Below are positions 25,610 through 33,362 of a DNA stretch of 64,000 bases, piece after piece. The notes beneath the pieces were generated by a model. The model made no database searches and was not told the DNA's origin. It saw only the letters and a list, made by a program, of their open reading frames with translations. How positions within the stretch are numbered: position 1 is the stretch's first letter; every line of letters starts with the position of its first letter. The position numbers were made by a program, and so were the translations under genes. Source of the DNA: Opitutales bacterium (lineage in GTDB: Bacteria; Verrucomicrobiota; Verrucomicrobiia; Opitutales; JAFGAQ01); contig JAPXRV010000001.1 in the NCBI GenBank assembly GCA_033813415.1, forward strand, positions 40,524-104,523, given 5' to 3'.

Positions 25610-27439
25610 TCAGTAGGGCTTGCCCCGCGATAGGATTTTCTGGGCCTGATCGGTTTCGTCCACCAGTTTCGGAAATCTCATGACTTCCGTGTTCGGTTGC
25701 GGCCGCTCAGAAGGAGATACGATCGGCTTTTGGGCTGGTGCCGACATGACGCTTCCAGGCTTGATGGCCGGTTTCGCCACTGGCTGAGCCTGAGCCGGTC
25801 TTGCCACCGGAGTCTGGCCTTGGGCTGGTGCCGGACGTTGGACGGGAACCTGAGCTTGTGCCGCTGGCCTTTGTGCGGCGGCAGGAGCTGGAGTTGCATC
25901 GCCTGCTGGTGCAGCAGCTCCCCTGATGTTGAGTTGGGGCTTTGCCGCAGGCAGCCCGGTTCCGGGCTGACGCAAATTGAGTTGGGGCTTTCTTGCAGGC
26001 AATCCCATCTCTTGTGCAGTCGGGAAATGGAGCCTTCTGGCTTGTTCTGCGGTCGGTGCCGGCCTGGGAGCTGCAGGATTTCCTGCTGGAGCCGATGCGG
26101 CGGGCCTCATACCCTGCTGCGGGGGAACGGCAGACGGACGAGCGGGAGCTGGTCCTGCTCCAGGAACGGCGGGTCTCCTAACCGGGGCACCGGCTGCGGG
26201 TTGTGCACCTGCCGTTGCAGGTCGGACTGGAGGAACAGCAGGAGCTCCTTCCGGGGCACCGGCCGGTTTTGATGGCCGGACCGATGGGGTCTCGACAATG
26301 AAATCCGGTTGGCTGGCAAGCTGTTTGAGCAGATCTTCCCCAATGGGATAACCTTCAGCCAATCTGACCGCGGCGTGAATGGTTGCCTCCAGCTGGGCAT
26401 AGTTGCGTTCCCATTCGTAGTTCTTCAGAAAGTCAATTGCCGAGGAATCAAAACCACGGAATGAAAATTGACGGTTGTCCCGTGCGTAGTTCTTCGCGAT
26501 CGTCAGCGCCATCTCGGGGATGTCGTCTGAGCATTCATTGAGCGTGGGAACGAATATTTCCTTTTGTCCGAGAATCAGATAGAAATCCTCATCAATTTTG
26601 CCCTTGGAATACTGGGTGTCCAGATCCTCATTCAAACAGAACACAAAACGAACCTGATTCTGAATCGCGGAAAATGGACCCGCTTTCCGGTAGAGCTTCA
26701 ATACCACATCTCTGTGGACCGGCTGCAAATCGTAGGCTTCCAGCAGCACCACCATGATGTTCCTCGCTGAATCCTCACCTGAAAGCATGCGAAGAATTTC
26801 GAACGACGTGATTTTGTCGTTCGAAAGGTAAAGGAACAAATGATCCTTCGAGGGATACAGGCTTTCGATATCCTCGCAGATGAGGTGAAAATGGGTTCCT
26901 GCCGGACCTACGAGCACCAGATGGCTAGGACCTTGTTTCATCGAAAGGATCTCACGATGAAACTTCCGGCTCATTTCCGATTTCAACGGGAAGGACATAA
27001 ACGCATCCTTGTCGTCCGTTGCAACCCGCCTGCCAGCCTCTGACATCACTTCCGCCGCATGCGTCGGGCCGGCTGCCGCCATGCCGTTGATAAGTTCCGC
27101 TGTTTTCCTGAGCAGCGAACGCACATTCAATGGCTTGTGGAAAACGTCAATCCTAAGCTGTCTGAGCCTTTCGATCACATCCTCTCCGAGGAAGGCCGAA
27201 ATCATGATCACGGGAATTCGTGGGTTGATCAGCCTGACCTGATCGATGAGATCGATACCCTTGAGGTCCGGCATTGTTTGGTCAACGACGCACAACTGAT
27301 AGTCATCCTTTTTAAATTGCTTGAGCGCCTCCAACGGATTTGCAAACGGGGTTACTTCGTAGTCGGCCTGTGTATACAAATCCGCCAGCAACGAACGGAA
27401 ATCGTCGTCATCGTCTACAATTAGAATGCGGTGCGCCAT
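25610..27439 (-). CDS. response regulator: REC + degenerate sigma54-interaction (AAA+) like domain + Pro/Ala-rich C-terminal tail
   Basis: REC domain has ILIVDDDDDF, VVDQTMPDLKG and FHKP. The central region aligns by eye to the NtrC AAA+ domain (VRFVFCLNEDL..G.IDEDFY, DIPEMALTI, NYEWERNYAQLE). Its Walker A is VGPAGTHFH and its Walker B is VLLEAYD. The last ~200 aa are P/A/Q-rich with no HTH. Confidence 0.75.
   Translation of the reverse strand: MAHRILIVDDDDDFRSLLADLYTQADYEVTPFANPLEALKQFKKDDYQLCVVDQTMPDLKGIDLIDQVRLINPRIPVIMISAFLGEDVIERLRQLRIDVFHKPLNVRSLLRKTAELINGMAAAGPTHAAEVMSEAGRRVATDDKDAFMSFPLKSEMSRKFHREILSMKQGPSHLVLVGPAGTHFHLICEDIESLYPSKDHLFLYLSNDKITSFEILRMLSGEDSARNIMVVLLEAYDLQPVHRDVVLKLYRKAGPFSAIQNQVRFVFCLNEDLDTQYSKGKIDEDFYLILGQKEIFVPTLNECSDDIPEMALTIAKNYARDNRQFSFRGFDSSAIDFLKNYEWERNYAQLEATIHAAVRLAEGYPIGEDLLKQLASQPDFIVETPSVRPSKPAGAPEGAPAVPPVRPATAGAQPAAGAPVRRPAVPGAGPAPARPSAVPPQQGMRPAASAPAGNPAAPRPAPTAEQARRLHFPTAQEMGLPARKPQLNLRQPGTGLPAAKPQLNIRGAAAPAGDATPAPAAAQRPAAQAQVPVQRPAPAQGQTPVARPAQAQPVAKPAIKPGSVMSAPAQKPIVSPSERPQPNTEVMRFPKLVDETDQAQKILSRGKPY
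25919..26005 (-). repeat. in-frame tandem duplication encoding GLPARKPQLNLRQ / GLPAAKPQLNIRG
   Basis: Two copies of about 33 bp (…attgagttggggctttcttgcaggcaatccc… and …gttgagttggggctttgccgcaggcagccc…) lie about 48 bp apart inside the Pro/Ala-rich tail. Confidence 0.6.
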
Positions 27440-27473
27440 GGTATAAGGAGGAATTTTACAATCTGTTTACAGC

Positions 27474-27842
27474 TTATTTTCCCGACATGTTGAGCTTCTC
27501 ATCGGTCTTTCGCAAGAGAGAAATGACATTCAACGGCTTGTGAAATATCTCAGTGTTCACATTCTTGAGATTCTGGATCAAATCCTGATTCAAATATCCA
27601 GATACGAGAATAATCGGAATGTTCGGTTCCGAACTCCGTATGCGTTTGATGAGTTCTTCCCCGGACATTTCCGGCATGTTGTGGTCTGTCACGACCGCGT
27701 CAAATTCGTGCTGGCTGAGCTCTCCCAAAGCATTGTGGGCACTGTTTACAGCAGTAACGGTATGTCCTGCCTGCGTGAACACGTCTTTGAGCAGACCTCT
27801 GAAATCGTCGTCGTCGTCTACAATGAGAATTCTGCCGGGCAT
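27474..27842 (-). CDS. single-domain CheY-like response regulator
   Basis: ILIVDDDDDF, phospho-acceptor VVTDHNMPEMSG, and FHKPLNVISLLRKT. 122 aa. It is a close paralog of the REC domain of the next gene. Confidence 0.9.
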   Translation of the reverse strand: MPGRILIVDDDDDFRGLLKDVFTQAGHTVTAVNSAHNALGELSQHEFDAVVTDHNMPEMSGEELIKRIRSSEPNIPIILVSGYLNQDLIQNLKNVNTEIFHKPLNVISLLRKTDEKLNMSGK

Positions 27843-27991
27843 GGATGGGTATTATTGAATTTGGGTGACTGAGTAAAAATAATTGTCAACTCTCTGGATA
27901 ATCGACCGGACTATGTCCTTCTTAAGGATTATGTGAAAATGGGAGGATCGATTTTGCCGCCAGTCGTAGTCATCCACCGTCTGGCAATCAA

Positions 27992-28486
27992 TCAAGTAAC
28001 AGGTTGGGTCGCCTGTGTTTCGAGTTTTTCCAAGGCCATTGCCATCGAATTCAGAGAGGTGGCATACCAGATCACCGGACGATTGAGGAGTTTTTCCCAA
28101 TGATCCACCGCAGGTTTGCTGAGATAATAGCAGGAAGCGATGCATACACACTCGTCAAGCGTATCGAAAGGAAGACTCCAGGTGGACCAGCAAAGTTCGA
28201 GCGAAGATTCTGCGGTGACCTTGTTCTTCAATTCAAGGTTTCCGAGGCTGATCACTCCGATTTTGTGCGTGTCGATCACGAGATCAATCAGGCTTGCCTC
28301 GTCCAGGACCTGAAGGTCGTATATCAGAATACTCAGGAGTGAAGCCTGCTTGTAATTGCCCGCCTGAATAGCACTGAGCAGACGGGCGTTGGCCTTTTCG
28401 ACGTGTTCGCTTTTGATCAGCTTGGATTCCAATAAGGATGCAGCGAGGTAACGATTGGAACGGATGATGAGTTGCTGGAATTCCAT
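27992..28486 (-). CDS. stand-alone T2SSE_N (GspE/PilB N-terminal, MshEN-like) domain protein
   Basis: By-eye alignment to PilB/GspE N-terminal domains: RYLAASLLESKLIKSEHVEKANARL, LSILIYDLQVLDEASLIDLV, WSLPFDTLDECVCIASCYYLSKPAVDHW and LNSMAMALEKL. It has no ATPase domain. Start at ATG 28486. Confidence 0.5.
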   Translation of the reverse strand: MEFQQLIIRSNRYLAASLLESKLIKSEHVEKANARLLSAIQAGNYKQASLLSILIYDLQVLDEASLIDLVIDTHKIGVISLGNLELKNKVTAESSLELCWSTWSLPFDTLDECVCIASCYYLSKPAVDHWEKLLNRPVIWYATSLNSMAMALEKLETQATQPVT

Positions 28487-28687
28487 GACGCGGATTATGA
28501 ACAAGGTCTCAGCAAGTTCAAGCGTCAAACTGTTTCATCCCGTTGCATTCATGCACGAAACCGAATGAATCCGCGGTCTCAGGCCGTTTTCTCATTGGGG
28601 ATTTGGGATTCGGATTGCTCACAGCCCCCTCCACAATCCATCATTAAGCATTGCTTCCTCACAAGAATGAAACCTTAATTCCAAACT

Positions 28688-30889
28688 GTGAAATCGAAAA
28701 CTTCCGATTCCGAAAAGATCCAGAAAGCCATCCATCCTGACCCGCACTCCTACCTCGGGATGCATTCAAAGGGAGACAATGCGATGGTGGTGCGCGCTTT
28801 CCTGCGCAACGTGCGATCCTGTGAGGTTGTGGACATTCATGGTGATCCGGAACGCCGTTATCCAATGGCTCGGATTTCACCGGAAGGTCTCTATGAAGTC
28901 ACGATCCCGGGGAGAAATGATTTCTTCACCTATCGTCTGCGCGTGGAACAGGCCAATGGTGAGATCCGTCAGTTCTACGACCCCTACAGTTTTCTCCCCT
29001 CGATTGATGAGAAGGGTATCTATTATTTCAACGAAGGTTCGGATCGTCGTCCCTACACCAAACTTGGAGCTCATCTCAGGACAATCGACGGCATCAGCGG
29101 GGTGGCTTTTGCGGTCTGGGCACCAAGTGCGAAAAGGGTTTCAGTGGTTGGCGACTTCAACCAATGGGATGGTCGATACCACCCGATGCGGATTCTGGGA
29201 TCGAGTGGAATATGGGAGTTGTTCGTTCCCGGGCTTGAGGTTGGTACCTATTACAAATACGAAGTCCTCGGTGCGGAAGGTCAGTTGATCTTGAAATCCG
29301 ATCCGTTCGGAAGCTATTTTGAATCCCCTCCACACAATTCATCCATCATTTTTGACTCGTCCGGTTATCAGTGGGGCGATCAGCAGTGGATGGAGCGTCG
29401 GGCGACGCGAAACTGGAAGGATGAACCGGTTAGCATCTATGAGGTGCATCTGGGATCATGGCGTCGGATCGTTGAGGATGCAAGTCGTCCCCCATCCTAT
29501 CGGGAGGTCGCGTATGAACTTGCAAAGTATGCGAAGGATCACGGGTTCACCCATGTTCAGTTCATGCCACTCGCTGAGCATCCGTTTGCCGGATCGTGGG
29601 GCTATCAGGTCACCGGATTCTATGCGCCGACCAACCGCTTCGGAGATCCGCTCGATTTCATGTTCCTGGTGGATACCCTTCACCAGCATGGCATTGGGGT
29701 GATCATTGACTGGGTTCCCGGGCATTTCCCGAAGGACAGTTTTGCGCTGGCCGAATTTGATGGAACGCACCTTTTCGAGCATTCCGACCCGAGGCAGGGA
29801 CAACATCAGGATTGGGGCACCCTTATTTTCAATTTCGGCCGGAATGAGGTCAGATCGTTTCTATTGGGCAGCGCGATTTGTTGGCTCGATCGGTTCCACG
29901 TTGATGGACTGCGTGTGGATGCCGTGGCATCTATGCTCTATCTGGACTACTCACGGAAGGAAGGCGAATGGATTCCAAACCGGTATGGCGGTCGTGAGAA
30001 TATCGAGGCGATTGAGTTTCTGCGACTCGTCAATGATGCGGTTCATGAGGATTTTCCGGGCACCATCACGATCGCGGAAGAGTCTACCGCGTTTGGTGGC
30101 ATCACCCATGAGACCGCAAAAGGCGGACTTGGTTTCGATTTCAAATGGAACATGGGCTGGATGCACGATTCCCTTTCCTATTTCCAGAAAGATCCCATCT
30201 ATCGGAAGTGGCACCATGATGAGCTGACTTTCGGTATGATTTACCAGTATTCGGAATCGTTCGTGCTGGTCTACTCGCATGATGAAGTGGTCCATGGCAA
30301 GGGCTCCATGCTTGGAAAGATGGCGGCCGGTTCAATTTCCGAAAAGGCGCGGCAGTTGCGTGCCCTGTATGCATTCATGTGGGCTTGGCCCGGTAAAAAA
30401 ACGCTGTTCATGGGCTCCGAGTTCGGCCAAAGCCGCGAATGGCGTTACGATAACAGTCTGGACTGGCATTTGCTCCAATATAAGGACCACGAGGGGATCG
30501 CAAGGCTCATTCGCGATCTGAATCGCTGGTATTCGTCCGATCCGGATTTGGCCAAACGGGATCACCGTCCCGATGGCTTTTCATGGATCAATTGCCACGA
30601 TAGCGAAAACAGCGTGTTCAGCATGCTGCGCCTTGGCAGCCGTCCAGGATCAACCTATGCCATTGCAATGAATGCAACTCCCGTTTCCCGCACGGGATAC
30701 CGCTTGGGATTACCCTATCCGGGAAAATGGACTGAATGCCTTAACACGGATGCGGGTGACTATGGCGGATTCGGGGCAGGCAACATGGGTGCGATCTTTG
30801 CAGATCATCAACCATGGGACAATCTTCCCTGCTCGTCGGTGGTGAATCTTCCATCCATGAGCACCCTGATTTTCAGATGCGATTCCTGA
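28688..30889 (+). CDS. glgB: 1,4-alpha-glucan branching enzyme
   Basis: 733 aa. GH13 motifs GVIIDWVPGHF, GLRVDAVASMLY, ITIAEEST and YSHDEVVHGK are present, along with the N-terminal CBM48 region. GTG start. Confidence 0.95.
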   Translation: MKSKTSDSEKIQKAIHPDPHSYLGMHSKGDNAMVVRAFLRNVRSCEVVDIHGDPERRYPMARISPEGLYEVTIPGRNDFFTYRLRVEQANGEIRQFYDPYSFLPSIDEKGIYYFNEGSDRRPYTKLGAHLRTIDGISGVAFAVWAPSAKRVSVVGDFNQWDGRYHPMRILGSSGIWELFVPGLEVGTYYKYEVLGAEGQLILKSDPFGSYFESPPHNSSIIFDSSGYQWGDQQWMERRATRNWKDEPVSIYEVHLGSWRRIVEDASRPPSYREVAYELAKYAKDHGFTHVQFMPLAEHPFAGSWGYQVTGFYAPTNRFGDPLDFMFLVDTLHQHGIGVIIDWVPGHFPKDSFALAEFDGTHLFEHSDPRQGQHQDWGTLIFNFGRNEVRSFLLGSAICWLDRFHVDGLRVDAVASMLYLDYSRKEGEWIPNRYGGRENIEAIEFLRLVNDAVHEDFPGTITIAEESTAFGGITHETAKGGLGFDFKWNMGWMHDSLSYFQKDPIYRKWHHDELTFGMIYQYSESFVLVYSHDEVVHGKGSMLGKMAAGSISEKARQLRALYAFMWAWPGKKTLFMGSEFGQSREWRYDNSLDWHLLQYKDHEGIARLIRDLNRWYSSDPDLAKRDHRPDGFSWINCHDSENSVFSMLRLGSRPGSTYAIAMNATPVSRTGYRLGLPYPGKWTECLNTDAGDYGGFGAGNMGAIFADHQPWDNLPCSSVVNLPSMSTLIFRCDS

Positions 30890-30898
30890 GCGGCGTCC

Positions 30899-30941
30899 CA
30901 TCCGGATCATCTTATCCCTAAGCGGGAGAAGATGCCGGATG
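30899..30941. terminator. long imperfect hairpin between the convergent glgB and ATPase genes
   Basis: CATCCGG-(AT)-CATCTT … AAGATG-CCGGATG gives a 13 bp interrupted stem with a 15 nt loop. There is no U-run, so function as a terminator is uncertain. Confidence 0.3.
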
Positions 30942-30951
30942 TCTCCCCGGA

Positions 30952-32166
30952 TCAAACCGTTTGCAGAATCATTTCCGAAAACTCGATCTCCCCTTGAAGG
31001 ACCAGTTTCCGGGCATGATCCCGCAGACAAGTCATGCCGTTGTTCGATGCAAGTGACCGGATCATCTGCCCGGGAGTTTTGTTTATTACACTCTCCCGGA
31101 TAGCATCGTTCGGGATCATCACTTCAAATATTCCAATCCGCTCGTGCAATGTATGATCGGATGCTTCCTTTGCGCTGGCGCCACTGAGAGCTGCCTTTCT
31201 GCAGAGAACAACGGGTTCGTCATCCTCTCCCTTCCCTAATGCAGCCCTCTCCTCTTCAGATGCAGCGTAGCATTCTTTGAGATGGCCAGGAATCCTCCGC
31301 AAAAGGCGTTGCCCCACGATTCCGGACAGGGTTTCCGCAAGGAGAAACGGCTCAATTCCCATATCGACCATCCGCACAACCGCGCTCGCCGTGTCCTGCG
31401 TATGGAGCGAGCTGAGAACCCGGTGTCCGGTCATTGCCGCATGGATTCCGATTGCCGCGGTTTCCTCATCCCGGATTTCTCCAATCAACATGACATCCGG
31501 ATCATGCCTCAAAAAGGCACGGAGAACCGATGCGAAATCCAACCCGATCGCGGGATTGATGGGAACCTGAACAATTCCTTCCAGCGCATATTCCACTGGA
31601 TCCTCAACGGTGAGGATTTTCAGTTCCGGACGATTGATTTCCTGAAGAGCACAATACAAGGTGGTGGTTTTTCCACTTCCAGTCGGGCCGGTAGCCAGGA
31701 TTATTCCACTGGGTTGCCCAAGAGCGGTGCGGATCCTGCCGAGCTCGGGTTCCGGAATTCCAAGCGCATCCATTGAAAGCCCCACCCTCATTCGATCCAG
31801 AAATCTGAGCACTACGCTTTCTCCAAAACGGGTGGGCAAAGTGGACATTCGCACATCGACCCGTCGAGCACCGGCATTGAGCGTCATCCTTCCATCCTGC
31901 GGAATCCTGAACTCGGCAATGTCCGCACCGTTCATGACTTTGATACCGGACAAAACCGCCGGATAAAGGTGTGGATCAAGCCATGCGGCCGGGACAAAAC
32001 TTCCATTCACACGCTGCCGTATCCGCACCCCGTCCTTCTGCGGTTCGATGTGAAGATCCGACGCCCCGTTATTTACAGCATCAATCAACAAATGCTGCAC
32101 GTAACCCATCAGATCCTGACCGTCTCCGACGGGTGTCGACGCAGCGGCTTTCTGGATCTCTTTCAC
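30952..32166 (-). CDS. GspE/PilB-family secretion ATPase, short form (no N1 domain)
   Basis: Walker [18 protein letters not shown], Asp box ILTVEDPVEY, Walker B DVMLIGEIRDEETA, and His box GHRVLSSLHT. 404 aa. Confidence 0.85.
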   Translation of the reverse strand: MKEIQKAAASTPVGDGQDLMGYVQHLLIDAVNNGASDLHIEPQKDGVRIRQRVNGSFVPAAWLDPHLYPAVLSGIKVMNGADIAEFRIPQDGRMTLNAGARRVDVRMSTLPTRFGESVVLRFLDRMRVGLSMDALGIPEPELGRIRTALGQPSGIILATGPTGSGKTTTLYCALQEINRPELKILTVEDPVEYALEGIVQVPINPAIGLDFASVLRAFLRHDPDVMLIGEIRDEETAAIGIHAAMTGHRVLSSLHTQDTASAVVRMVDMGIEPFLLAETLSGIVGQRLLRRIPGHLKECYAASEEERAALGKGEDDEPVVLCRKAALSGASAKEASDHTLHERIGIFEVMIPNDAIRESVINKTPGQMIRSLASNNGMTCLRDHARKLVLQGEIEFSEMILQTV

Positions 32167-32234
32167 GCCGGATTATGATTCCATGCGAAAGCGTTCGGTT
32201 TTCAAAGTCAGGGATGGGGTCATCCCGCCAGAAA

Positions 32235-33293
32235 TTAAGCCATGAGCTTCTCGCGCATCTCGTTCGGGAACTGCGATTTAACGATGGCTTCGTTGGCGTC
32301 GATGATTCCCTGATTGTAAAGACTGCGAAGATGGTCATCGAGCGTGATCATCCCATGGCGCGCGCCAGTCTGAATGTCGGATGTGATGCGGTAGGTTTTG
32401 TTCTCGCGAATCAGCTGGGCAATAGCGTTCGTTGTGATCATGATCTCGAAAGCAGCCACACGGCCCCCACCGATTCTCTTGCACAGAACCTGCGAGAGCA
32501 CGCATATGATGGAGGAAGCCAGCTGGGTACGAATCTGGTCTTTTGCCCCCGACGGGAAAACGTCAACAATACGGTCTACCGTTCTCGCGGATCCCGTAGT
32601 GTGCAAGGTTGCAAAGACCAAATGCCCGGTTTCAGCTGCGGTAATCGCGGTCTCGATGGTTTCAAGGTCACGCATTTCCCCCACCAGAATGACGTCCGGG
32701 TCTTGCCGAAGCCCTGAGCGGATCGCTTCCGCAAAGGACGAAACGTCAATGCCGACCTCTCTCTGGGTAATGATACACTTCTTGTGGGTGTGATAATACT
32801 CAATCGGGTCTTCGATCGTGATCACGTGATCTTCCCGGTGCGTGTTGATCCAGTCGATCATCGACGCAAGTGTGGTTGACTTCCCGGATCCTGTCGGCCC
32901 CGTCACCAGGAACAAGCCTCTGGGTCTCATCAACAGATCCTTCATCTTGTCCGGAAGTCCCACCTGTCCAAGCGTCAGAATATCATTCGGAATTTGTCGC
33001 AGAACAATTTCAAAACTTCCCTTCGCCTTGAACGCATTCACGCGGAACCGTGCCCTGTCCCTGAACGCAAATCCGAAGTCCGCACCCCCAACCGTCTTGA
33101 TCTTCTGAATGTGGTGTTCGGATGCAATCGCATCCACGAGCTCTTCCGTATCCTTGGGGGTAAGTGCCGGTCCATCCGCGGGAGTGATGGTACCGTTGAT
33201 CCGAAAACAGGGGGGCTGACCGACATGGATGTGAAGGTCGGATGCATTCTCATCCACCATCAATTCCAAAAGCTCATTCATCTGATAACTCAT
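32235..33293 (-). CDS. pilT: type IV pilus retraction ATPase PilT
   Basis: [71 protein letters not shown] and AHxxQLIRENK-like [10 protein letters not shown]. 352 aa. Confidence 0.9.
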   Translation of the reverse strand: MSYQMNELLELMVDENASDLHIHVGQPPCFRINGTITPADGPALTPKDTEELVDAIASEHHIQKIKTVGGADFGFAFRDRARFRVNAFKAKGSFEIVLRQIPNDILTLGQVGLPDKMKDLLMRPRGLFLVTGPTGSGKSTTLASMIDWINTHREDHVITIEDPIEYYHTHKKCIITQREVGIDVSSFAEAIRSGLRQDPDVILVGEMRDLETIETAITAAETGHLVFATLHTTGSARTVDRIVDVFPSGAKDQIRTQLASSIICVLSQVLCKRIGGGRVAAFEIMITTNAIAQLIRENKTYRITSDIQTGARHGMITLDDHLRSLYNQGIIDANEAIVKSQFPNEMREKLMA

Positions 33294-33362
33294 GGTATCT
33301 GCCTCTGTTATGCGTTGTTACGTAGAAAACGTTAAGGGTATGTTTGAAGTCCTCCGATTGGG

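Noticed and set aside
25697-26351. Plus-strand ORFs (191 aa and 124 aa) rich in Arg, Cys, Gly and Ser opposite the Pro/Ala-rich tail of the response regulator.
   Set aside because: They are mirror images of a GC-rich low-complexity coding repeat. There is no start context or motif support.
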